A stretch of 64,000 nt of DNA. Origin: an uncultured Gemmatimonadales bacterium. Its GTDB lineage: Bacteria; Gemmatimonadota; Gemmatimonadetes; Gemmatimonadales; GWC2-71-9. The DNA lies in assembly GCA_963828735.1 (NCBI GenBank), contig CAWHFW010000005.1, forward strand, positions 352,001-416,000. Reading direction: 5' to 3'. The number at the start of each line of letters is the position of its first letter. The stretch's first letter is position 1. Under the pieces are notes generated by a model, which saw only the letters and a list, made by a program, of their open reading frames with translations, was not told where the DNA came from and did not search any database. Below are positions 1-8,158 of the stretch, piece by piece. The translations under genes and the position numbers were made by a program.

Positions 1-1
1 C

Positions 2-400
2 GATTTTTCCATGTGGCTGAGCGGCCAGACGGCCTGGACCTGGGAGCGGCTCTGGCCGCTCGAGCAGCGGTTCTGGGACGCGGCCCCGGCGGCGCTGGCG
101 TCGGACGACACGCGGTTCATCCTGGCCCAGGCCGCGCGCGAGCTGCTGCTGGCCCAGTCGTCCGACTGGCAGTTCATCATCTCGACGGGCGCCGCGGCCG
201 ACTACGGCGAACGGCGCTTCCGCGAGCACTGCAGCGACACGGAGGAACTGGTCAAGGTCCTGGAGGATCGCTCTGCCGAGGCGCTCGACCGCGGCCATCG
301 CCGCGCGGCCGAGCTGGCCGAGCGCGACGCGCTGTTCCCCGACGTGCTGCCCGCGCTGGCAGCGGCGCTTGGCGGCTCGCGCTCCCTCGTGCTCGGCTGA
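2..400 (+). CDS. GH57 1,4-alpha-glucan branching enzyme (DUF1957-type C-terminus), 5'-truncated by the window edge
   Basis: The frame is open from base 2 (DFSMWL...). QAARELLLAQSSDWQF is the typical C-terminal motif of GH57 branching enzymes, and a second GH57 gene follows. Confidence 0.85.
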   Translation, partial: DFSMWLSGQTAWTWERLWPLEQRFWDAAPAALASDDTRFILAQAARELLLAQSSDWQFIISTGAAADYGERRFREHCSDTEELVKVLEDRSAEALDRGHRRAAELAERDALFPDVLPALAAALGGSRSLVLG

Positions 401-403
401 CGC

Positions 404-2341
404 ATGGCGCCGATCCGGTTCGCGTTCGGACTCCATCTCCATCAGCCCGTCGGCAACTTCGACCACGTGTTCGCCCAGCACGTGGACGACGTGTATCGCC
501 CGCTGCTGGACGCGCTCGCCGCCCGCGAGTTTCTGCCCGTCGTCTTCCATCTGAGCGGCCCGCTGCTCGAATGGCTCGAGCAGCACGAGCCTGCCTACCT
601 CGATCGCCTGGGGCGGCTGGCGGCGGACGGCCGCGTCGAGCTGCTCCTCGCCGGCTTCTACGAGCCCGTGCTCGCGTCGCTGCCCCGGCCCGACCGGGTG
701 GAACAGATCCGCTGGATGCATGAGGCCGTGCGCCGCCGGTTCGGGGTGGACGCGCGCGGCCTGTGGCTGACCGAGCGCGTGTGGGAGCCCGAGCTCGCCG
801 CTGACCTGGCGGACGCGGGCGTCCGCTACGCGCTGGTCGACGACCGGCACTTTCTCGTGACCGGCTTCGCCGCCGACCAGCTCCACGCGCCGTTCTGGAC
901 CGAGAGCGACGGCAAGCGAGTGGCCCTGTTCCCCATCGACGAGCGGCTGCGCTACCTCATCCCCTTCCGGCCGCCAGAGGAGACCGCCGACTACCTGCGC
1001 GAGCTTCGCGGGGCCGGCCATGGTCTCGCCGTCCTGGCCGACGACGGGGAGAAGTTCGGGGGCTGGCCTGGCACCAAGGAATGGGTCTATGGCAAGGGCT
1101 GGCTGGACCGCTTCATGGCGACGATCGGCGGGCTGGTGGACCGCGGCGAGGTGATGCTGAGCCGGCTCGACGACGCGCTCGACGCGGTGCCGAGCGGCGG
1201 GCTCGCGTACCTGCCGACAGCGTCGTATCGCGAGATGGAGGCCTGGTCGCTCCCGCCGGACGCGGCGCTGCGTTTGGCGCGGCTCGAGCGGGACCTGGGC
1301 GAGGCGCGCGTCGCCGGCCCCGACGGTTCCCTCATCCGCGGCGCGCACTGGCGGAATTTCCTGGTCAAGTATCCGGAGTCCAACCGGATGCACAAGAAGA
1401 TGATGGCGCTGAGCGCCCTGGCGCGCCGGGCCGGCGACCCGCCCGCCGTTCGCCGGGCCATCGGCCGCGCCCAGTGCAACGACGCCTACTGGCACGGGGT
1501 CTTCGGCGGCCTCTACCTGCCGCATCTGCGCGACGCGGTCTGGCGGAACCTCGCGGAAGCGGAGGCCGGCCTCCGGCGCGGCGAGGGGCTCGCCTGGGAC
1601 GTGCTGGACGTGGACGGGGACGGCTTCGAGGAGATCTGGATCCACTCGCCCGCGTTCGCCGCCATCGTGAGCCCCGCACGGGGCGGAGCGGTCGAGGAGT
1701 ACACGCTCTTCGCGAACGGCGTCAACTACGCCAACACGCTAACGCGTCGTCGCGAGGCCTACCACGATCTTGCCCTGGAGCGAGCCGCCGACCACGCGGC
1801 CTCGAGCGACGCGGGCACGGCCAGCATTCACGACATCGAGGAAGGCCTCCGGCTCGACGTGCGCCCGCCACTCGACACCGACGACCGCGCGCTGTTCGTC
1901 GACCGCATCCTGCCGCGAGGCGCCACGCTGGAGGACTACGCCGCCGCGCAGTCGTGGGCCGTGTTGTCGTGGGCCCGGAGTCGGTGCGCCTACGCCGTGG
2001 AGCGCCGGAAGGGGGGCGTGGAGATCACCTGCACCGCGGCCGGCGAGCGCACGCGGCTCGAGAAGCGGATCTGGTGCGACGCCGAGGGTAACCTCACAGT
2101 CTCGTGGCAGTGGGAGCCGTCGGCGGCGGAGCCGGGAGACCTGTTCGCGACCGAGCTCTCCCTTGCCGGACCCGTCGACCTGGTGGCCACGCCAGCAGCC
2201 GACGAGTGGCGGTTCGAGATCGAGACGATCGCCAAATCGGAGCGGGGGCTCGATCGTACCCGCCAGGGCGAATCGGTGACCCTCCGCTGGCCCGTCGGCC
2301 TCGGTGCCGCGTCGGTGGAGGTCAGGCCTGTCCGGAGTTGA
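404..2341 (+). CDS. GH57 alpha-amylase / 4-alpha-glucanotransferase
   Basis: Motifs HLHQP, WLTERVW (nucleophile Glu), DDGEKFG (acid/base Asp), QCNDAYWHGVFGGLYLPHLR. Confidence 0.92.
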   Translation: MAPIRFAFGLHLHQPVGNFDHVFAQHVDDVYRPLLDALAAREFLPVVFHLSGPLLEWLEQHEPAYLDRLGRLAADGRVELLLAGFYEPVLASLPRPDRVEQIRWMHEAVRRRFGVDARGLWLTERVWEPELAADLADAGVRYALVDDRHFLVTGFAADQLHAPFWTESDGKRVALFPIDERLRYLIPFRPPEETADYLRELRGAGHGLAVLADDGEKFGGWPGTKEWVYGKGWLDRFMATIGGLVDRGEVMLSRLDDALDAVPSGGLAYLPTASYREMEAWSLPPDAALRLARLERDLGEARVAGPDGSLIRGAHWRNFLVKYPESNRMHKKMMALSALARRAGDPPAVRRAIGRAQCNDAYWHGVFGGLYLPHLRDAVWRNLAEAEAGLRRGEGLAWDVLDVDGDGFEEIWIHSPAFAAIVSPARGGAVEEYTLFANGVNYANTLTRRREAYHDLALERAADHAASSDAGTASIHDIEEGLRLDVRPPLDTDDRALFVDRILPRGATLEDYAAAQSWAVLSWARSRCAYAVERRKGGVEITCTAAGERTRLEKRIWCDAEGNLTVSWQWEPSAAEPGDLFATELSLAGPVDLVATPAADEWRFEIETIAKSERGLDRTRQGESVTLRWPVGLGAASVEVRPVRS

Positions 2342-2347
2342 CCCGTC

Positions 2348-2854
2348 CTACTGCGCCAGACCGAGCTGTTTGAAGAAGCCGTACGCGTCATAGTAGTCAC
2401 CCTGATAGGCGATCTTTCCGTCCCGCACCCGGATGAGCGTCAGGCCGTTAAAGGTGAACGGCTTGCCCGTCGCCTTTGTACCGTCGGCCCACGGCCCCGT
2501 GTTGGTGCCCTGAAACGTCCACTGGAATGCGATCCCGTCCTTCCCCACGAGCGGCTCGCCGCTCCGGGTCCAGCGGCAGTCGGGCGCGGCGGTCAGGAAG
2601 GCCTGAATCACGTTGTGCTGCGCGTTGGACCGGCCCTTCTGCGGGGCTGGCGTGCTCGCGTCGTAGTATTCCACGTCGTCGGTCATGAAGCGGGCGGCCT
2701 GCTCCGCGTCGTGCGCGTTCCACGCCGCCATGTAGGCGTCGACGAGGGCGAGCGGGCTGCGTCCGGGTGAACCGGGATTCGGCGGCGCTCCCTGGGCCGC
2801 CCCGTGAACGGGCGCGGCGAGCAGGAGCGCGAGCAGGATCCGATAGCGCGGCAT
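2348..2854 (-). CDS. Secreted SnoaL/NTF2-like (ester cyclase family) protein
   Basis: GGAGG RBS precedes the ATG at 2854. Signal peptide, then AWNAHD, WTFQGTNTGPW and RDGKI...DYYD. Confidence 0.8.
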   Translation of the reverse strand: MPRYRILLALLLAAPVHGAAQGAPPNPGSPGRSPLALVDAYMAAWNAHDAEQAARFMTDDVEYYDASTPAPQKGRSNAQHNVIQAFLTAAPDCRWTRSGEPLVGKDGIAFQWTFQGTNTGPWADGTKATGKPFTFNGLTLIRVRDGKIAYQGDYYDAYGFFKQLGLAQ

Positions 2855-2932
2855 CGGGACCTCCAGCCTGAGGATGGGAGCTCGGTGGCGGAAATGTATG
2901 GCAGGAACTCGGGTCACGTCGACCGGACGCAC

Positions 2933-2963
2933 AGCGGGGCATGCATAAGACGCATGCCCCGCT
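2933..2963. terminator. 12-bp inverted repeat, probable terminator of the cytochrome c pair
   Basis: AGCGGGGCATGC-7nt-GCATGCCCCGCT lies just downstream of the minus-strand stop at 2992. Confidence 0.6.
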
Positions 2964-2991
2964 TCCGGCGCCCACCTTGCAACCGGCGGAC

Positions 2992-3387
2992 CTATCCCTT
3001 CGGCGCCGCCGGCCGCCCAGCCGAGATCTTCCCGTCAGCCCGGCTCTTTACGTACGCATAGATGGCGTCTACTTGCTCATCGCTCAGGAGCTTGGCGAAC
3101 CCCGGCATCCCGTGATCGGCCCGACCGTTCTTGACCACCGCGACGAAAGATGCCTGGTCCGCCACCGGCCCCCCGGTGCCCGCCGATTTGAGCAGGTCCG
3201 CCGCCACGGGATTGCCGACTACATCCTGGCCGTGGCAGCGCGCGCACTGCACGCTGTACTGCCGCCAGCCCTCGTACTCCTGCGCGTTGACCCTTGGCGC
3301 CTTCGGCGCGGAGCCCTGCGCGGGCAAGCGCGGCGGCGCGGCCAGAGCCAGCGCCACGAGCAGCGCGCGTCCGAGCTCGCGCGACAC
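2992..3387 (-). CDS. Periplasmic monoheme c-type cytochrome
   Basis: GTG start after AGGAGG, signal peptide, CARCH heme motif, GMP axial Met, C-terminal YVKSRADGKISAGRP. Confidence 0.85.
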   Translation of the reverse strand: MSRELGRALLVALALAAPPRLPAQGSAPKAPRVNAQEYEGWRQYSVQCARCHGQDVVGNPVAADLLKSAGTGGPVADQASFVAVVKNGRADHGMPGFAKLLSDEQVDAIYAYVKSRADGKISAGRPAAPKG

Positions 3388-3389
3388 GC

Positions 3390-4139
3390 CTAGCCCTCCT
3401 TCTTCACAGCGGGCCGTCCCGGACTGATCTTCGCGTCGCTCCGCCCTTTCACGTACAGATAGATGTCGTTGATCTTGTCCATGTCCAGCCCGAGCGCGCA
3501 CCAGGCCGGCATGCCCTTCGCCGGGCGGCCGGCACAGACGGTCTGTACGAACAGTTCCTTGGTGTTGATGGGGCCGTCGGGTTTGAGCGACACGATGAGA
3601 TGTGGCGCGATCGTGGTACCTGACACGTCCTCCCCGTGGCAGCGGGCGCAATTCAGGTTGAACTGTTTCCAGCCATCGTAGACGGCCTCACTCACGGTGT
3701 CGTGCGGCGCCTGATGGTACGCGTCGCGAAGGGGAGCATCGGCCTGGGGAGTCGACGTGTCCTGCTGTTGCGCGGCCGGCGCGGCCGGCGCCGCCGAGGC
3801 AGTCTTGGCGCTATCAGCCGCCGTCGGCTTCGCCGCGTTGTTCGCGGCCGGCGCCGTATAGTGTGTGGCGGGAGTCTTGGGAGCAACGGGCTTCTTCCCG
3901 CTCCCCGGCGCCGTTGCCGTGTGCTTGGCGCCGCTCTCTCCGGGCGCGGCGGCAGGAGTACTTGGCGGCTTGGCCGTGTCTGCGGTGGCCGCCGCGGGCG
4001 GCGCCGTCGAAGAATCGCGAGTGGCGGCCGCCGCGCCGGTCGTGTCCGAGCCGGCCCCCGACCGAGCACGATCCCCACCACACCCGGAGAGCAGGCTGAA
4101 CGTCAGCAGGACGCCGATATGATGGTGCAGAGAAGCCAT
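3390..4139 (-). CDS. Lipoprotein c-type cytochrome with a long Ala/Pro/Thr linker
   Basis: GGAGG RBS, lipobox LSGC, low-complexity linker, CARCH and GMP. Paralogue of the downstream gene. Confidence 0.85.
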   Translation of the reverse strand: MASLHHHIGVLLTFSLLSGCGGDRARSGAGSDTTGAAAATRDSSTAPPAAATADTAKPPSTPAAAPGESGAKHTATAPGSGKKPVAPKTPATHYTAPAANNAAKPTAADSAKTASAAPAAPAAQQQDTSTPQADAPLRDAYHQAPHDTVSEAVYDGWKQFNLNCARCHGEDVSGTTIAPHLIVSLKPDGPINTKELFVQTVCAGRPAKGMPAWCALGLDMDKINDIYLYVKGRSDAKISPGRPAVKKEG

Positions 4140-4277
4140 GGAACCTCCCTTTCCGTAGCGGGGAGGCCGGAGCCGGCGCCCGGCCTGATGTTCCTCAAGA
4201 TGAGGCGGCCCCGATGATCGTCCGGTGACCCGCGTCACCCGGTGCCCCCATCGTTTCTTCGACTTATCTTCCACGCC

Positions 4278-5165
4278 ATGAATAACGCCGCGCCATCGTC
4301 GGTCACCCTGGGGCTCGTCCAGCACCACTGCGTTACCGACCCCGAGGCCAACATGCGGAAGGCGGTCGAGGGCGTGCGCGAGGCGGCGGCGCGCGGCGCG
4401 CAGATCGTCTGCCTGCAGGAGCTGTTTCGCAGCCAGTACTTCTGTCAGGTCGAGGACCACCGGTTCTTCGACCTCGCCGAGCCGATTCCCGGTCCGTCCA
4501 CCCACGCGCTGACGGCCCTCGCGACCGAGCTCGGCGTGGTGATCGTGGCGTCCCTCTTCGAGAAGCGGGCCGAAGGCCTCTACCACAATACGGCCGCCAT
4601 CATTGATGCGGACGGGCAGTATCTCGGCAAGTACCGGAAGATGCACATTCCGGACGATCCGCAGTATTACGAGAAGTTCTACTTCACCCCCGGTGACCTT
4701 GGCTTCCGGAGCTGGGACACGAGGTTCGGCCGGATCGGGGTCCTCGTGTGTTGGGACCAGTGGTACCCGGAGGCCGCCCGGTTGACGGCCCTGTCCGGGG
4801 CCCAGATCCTCTTCTACCCCACCGCCATCGGATGGCTCCCCGCCGAGAAGGCCGAACACGGTGCCCAGCAGCAGTCGGCCTGGGAAACGATCCAGCGCAG
4901 CCATGCGATTGCGAACGGCGTGTACGTGTGCGCCGTCAACCGCGTCGGTCACGAGGGCGACCCCGCGAGCGGGATTGAATTCTGGGGCGGCAGCTTCGTA
5001 GCCGATCCCGGCGGGCGCCTCCTCGCGAAGGGCGGTAGCGGCGACGAGGTCCTGACCGCGACCATCGATCTGGGCAAAGTGGACGTGAGCCGCACGCACT
5101 GGCCGTTCCTGCGCGACCGGCGCATCGACGCCTATCAGGATATTACCCGACGGTATCTGGATTGA
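4278..5165 (+). CDS. aguB: Carbon-nitrogen hydrolase, probable N-carbamoylputrescine amidase
   Basis: Nitrilase triad motifs LQELF, YRKMHIPDDP and VCWDQWYPE; adjacent to agmatine deiminase. Confidence 0.85.
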   Translation: MNNAAPSSVTLGLVQHHCVTDPEANMRKAVEGVREAAARGAQIVCLQELFRSQYFCQVEDHRFFDLAEPIPGPSTHALTALATELGVVIVASLFEKRAEGLYHNTAAIIDADGQYLGKYRKMHIPDDPQYYEKFYFTPGDLGFRSWDTRFGRIGVLVCWDQWYPEAARLTALSGAQILFYPTAIGWLPAEKAEHGAQQQSAWETIQRSHAIANGVYVCAVNRVGHEGDPASGIEFWGGSFVADPGGRLLAKGGSGDEVLTATIDLGKVDVSRTHWPFLRDRRIDAYQDITRRYLD

Positions 5166-5222
5166 GGATGGTCGGAAACCGCGAGTCGTAGGTCTCGAGC
5201 CACCCGACTGCTCTTACGACCC

Positions 5223-6275
5223 ATGCCCGACGATCCGTCGCTTCCCGCCGCCCTCGGGTTCCGCATGCCCGCCGAATGGGCTTCTCATCGCGGCACCTGG
5301 CTGAGCTGGCCGCACAAGGAGGCCTCCTGGCCCGGCAAGTTCGGACCGGTGCCGGGCATCTTTGCCGCACTGGTGCGCGAGCTCGCCGACCACGAGCAGG
5401 TCCACATCAACGTGGCGGGCCCGGCGATGGAGGCCGCGGTGCGAACGCTGCTCGCACACGAGCGGGCAGACCTCGGCCACGTGTTCTTCCACGGCAATCC
5501 CACCAACGACGCCTGGTGCCGGGACCACGGCCCCATCTTCATCGAGCGCGAGCACCAGGGCCAGCGCGAGCAGGCGATCGTGGACTGGGGGTACAACGCC
5601 TGGGGCGGGAAATACCCTCCCTATGACCTCGACGACGTGGTCCCATCGCGCGTGGGCGCGGAGCTCGGCCTTCGCGTGTTTCACCCGGGCATCGTCATGG
5701 AGGGCGGCTCCATCGACGTGAACGGGCGCGGCACCTTGCTCACCACCGAGGCGTGCCTGCTCAACCCCAACCGCAATCCCCAGCTCGACCGTGCCGAGAT
5801 CGAGGCCTACCTCCGGAACTACCTCGGCGTCTCCAAGATCCTCTGGCTGGGCGATGGCATCGTCGGCGACGATACCGACGGCCACGTCGACGACCTCACC
5901 AGGTTCGTGGACGAGCGCACCGTGGTGACCGTGGTCGAGAACGATCCCGCCGATGAAAACTACGAGCCGCTCCAGGAAAACCTGGAGCGGCTCCGCCACA
6001 TGAGTGATCAGGACGACCGGCCCCTGCGCGTGGTCACGCTACCGATGCCTCGCGCCGTGTATCACGACGGCCAGCGCCTGCCCGCGAGCTACGCCAACTT
6101 CTACGTCGCCAATGGGGTCGTACTGGTGCCCACCTACGACCCGCCCCGCGACGAGGCCGCCCTCGCCACGCTCGCCGAGGTGTTTCCCGGCCGGCGCATC
6201 GTCGGCATCGACTGCACCGATTTGGTCTGGGGGCTCGGCGCCTTCCACTGCGTCACACAGCAGTGGCCCGCCTGA
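5223..6275 (+). CDS. aguA: Agmatine deiminase family protein
   Basis: Motifs RMPAEW, DAWCRDHGP, EGGSIDVNG, DDTDGHVD, SYANF and GAFHCVTQQ. Confidence 0.92.
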   Translation: MPDDPSLPAALGFRMPAEWASHRGTWLSWPHKEASWPGKFGPVPGIFAALVRELADHEQVHINVAGPAMEAAVRTLLAHERADLGHVFFHGNPTNDAWCRDHGPIFIEREHQGQREQAIVDWGYNAWGGKYPPYDLDDVVPSRVGAELGLRVFHPGIVMEGGSIDVNGRGTLLTTEACLLNPNRNPQLDRAEIEAYLRNYLGVSKILWLGDGIVGDDTDGHVDDLTRFVDERTVVTVVENDPADENYEPLQENLERLRHMSDQDDRPLRVVTLPMPRAVYHDGQRLPASYANFYVANGVVLVPTYDPPRDEAALATLAEVFPGRRIVGIDCTDLVWGLGAFHCVTQQWPA

Positions 6276-6276
6276 G

Positions 6277-6678
6277 TCACGACTTCTTCCAGGTCCCCAC
6301 CAGCGCCGCGCGCCGGTTTCCGCAGCTATCCATGCCCAAGCCCGCGATGTGCAGCTCGTCGCCCGTCCGACTCACCACATAGCGCGCGTCGGCCGTCTGG
6401 CACGCGCCGCCGGCGGTATCGGCCTTGAAGAGCAGCGTATCGCCGACGAACGCCGCCTTACCCTTCATGTCCACCGAATCGGGCCAGCGGGGTGACGGCA
6501 ACATGAGCTTCACGTCGCCGTTCGACGCGAGGTCCATCTTCACTTCGCCCTCGCCGTACAGGTCGCGAGACCAGTTGCCGGAGTACTTCGAGGCTTCGCC
6601 TCCACATCCCGCGAGAGTGAGCACGGCTGCGGCAAGAGCCAGCGGCACGGAGCCGATCGGGAGAAAACGGCGCGACAT
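6277..6678 (-). CDS. Hypothetical lipoprotein
   Basis: GGAG RBS, lipobox LAGC, small beta-rich domain with two Cys. Confidence 0.7.
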   Translation of the reverse strand: MSRRFLPIGSVPLALAAAVLTLAGCGGEASKYSGNWSRDLYGEGEVKMDLASNGDVKLMLPSPRWPDSVDMKGKAAFVGDTLLFKADTAGGACQTADARYVVSRTGDELHIAGLGMDSCGNRRAALVGTWKKS

Positions 6679-6803
6679 GTGAGCTCCTCCATGGAGGTGA
6701 CGGGGCCGGGCCGGTCGTCCTACAGAACGCCAATAATGTGGAACGAGCCTCCGCTACGCCAGGGGAGGCTCGTCCACATCCACGCATCGCCTACGGGACT
6801 AGG

Positions 6804-8156
6804 CTACTGGCGCGGCAGTACCTCCGGCGTCGGTATTGGCAGCGTGGTGAAGATCACGTCCGGCAGATCGCCCCCGCGCTCGTTGGTCTTGAGAGCGTCC
6901 AGCCGGCCCCAGCGCCGGTAGTCGATCCAGCTGTGGCCGCCCTCGTACATGAGGGAGTAACGCTTGTTGTAGAGCAGCTCGGTGACCAGTGACGCCTGGT
7001 CCACCGCCCCCGCGTACGGCGCGAGCCCGCCCGAGGTAGTGCGGACCAGGTCGAGGTCCGGGACGGCGCCAGCCGCGTTGTTGAGACCGATGTTGGCCTC
7101 GGCGCGGAGCAGGATCAGCTCCTCGTTCTTGATGATCGGTATCGACGAGTTGGGGCTCGGATACCGGATCCAGCCGAGATCAGAGGTCAGCTGCGTCGGC
7201 GTACCAGCCGAGCGCGGCGGACGGTCGACCAGCTTGTCCAGGAAGCGCTGGTCCGGCTCGCCGGTGGGCTGCAGCTGTGCCCCGGTCCTGAGCGACGGGT
7301 GCCCGAAGTTTTCGCCCACCTGCGGGTCGATCGCCAGCGGATTCGCGAAGTCGCCGGGCCCGGCGCTGAAATCCATGTACACGCCACGGTCGAGCGGCCC
7401 GGCGGGGTCGATGAACGATTCCGCCAGGATGGCGAGCGCGTTGGTGTAGTCCGCGCGATACACCGCCACCCGGGCGCGCAGCGCTCGGTTGAACTGGCGG
7501 AACGTCGCCGGCGTGTTGAAGCCCGCGAAACCCGGCGGAAGCGAGAACGGGAACGCGGCCCCGCCGGCGTCCAGCTCGGCCACCGCGCCGTCGAGCAGCG
7601 AGATGACCCGCGCGTAGGCGTCGGCGTTGCTGACGAACGGCGCGGGCGGCGCTGTCACGTCGGTGCCCACGTCGACCGGGATCGAGTCCTGCAGATGCGA
7701 GTCGAGCACGATGAGAAAGTTGTAGGCCTGGAACGTGTGCGCGAAGCCCTTGGTCGCGCTTTGCTCTTCGGCCGTTAACGCCGTCGCCGTGCCGATCACC
7801 GCCAGCAGGTCATTGGCGGTCCGAATCGCAGCGTACTCCTCCGCCCAGTGATCGCCACCGAAGGCGCCGCTTCCCGGGTCGAGCGGCCCCTGCATCAGCT
7901 CGCCGACGAATCTCGGGTCGGATCCGTCGAACCGGTACGCTTCGCGACCGAAGATGCCGCCGTCGAGGGCCCAGTCCGCCATGTCCGCGCGGGTTGCGAT
8001 CAGGATGCCATTGGCCGTCGCCGAGACCTCGGAGCGGTTGGGATCCTCCCCGATGACGTCCGGGGTGTTGGGATTGGCGATGTCGTACGAGCAGGCCCCC
8101 GAGCCGATGACGCCGAGAACGAGAGCCAGAGTTGACAGCTTCGTGATGGTCGTCAT
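6804..8156 (-). CDS. RagB/SusD family nutrient-uptake lipoprotein
   Basis: Lipobox, EELILLRAEA and KRYSLMYEGGHSWIDYRRWG; directly downstream of a SusC-like gene. Confidence 0.9.
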   Translation of the reverse strand: MTTITKLSTLALVLGVIGSGACSYDIANPNTPDVIGEDPNRSEVSATANGILIATRADMADWALDGGIFGREAYRFDGSDPRFVGELMQGPLDPGSGAFGGDHWAEEYAAIRTANDLLAVIGTATALTAEEQSATKGFAHTFQAYNFLIVLDSHLQDSIPVDVGTDVTAPPAPFVSNADAYARVISLLDGAVAELDAGGAAFPFSLPPGFAGFNTPATFRQFNRALRARVAVYRADYTNALAILAESFIDPAGPLDRGVYMDFSAGPGDFANPLAIDPQVGENFGHPSLRTGAQLQPTGEPDQRFLDKLVDRPPRSAGTPTQLTSDLGWIRYPSPNSSIPIIKNEELILLRAEANIGLNNAAGAVPDLDLVRTTSGGLAPYAGAVDQASLVTELLYNKRYSLMYEGGHSWIDYRRWGRLDALKTNERGGDLPDVIFTTLPIPTPEVLPRQ

Positions 8157-8158
8157 GG

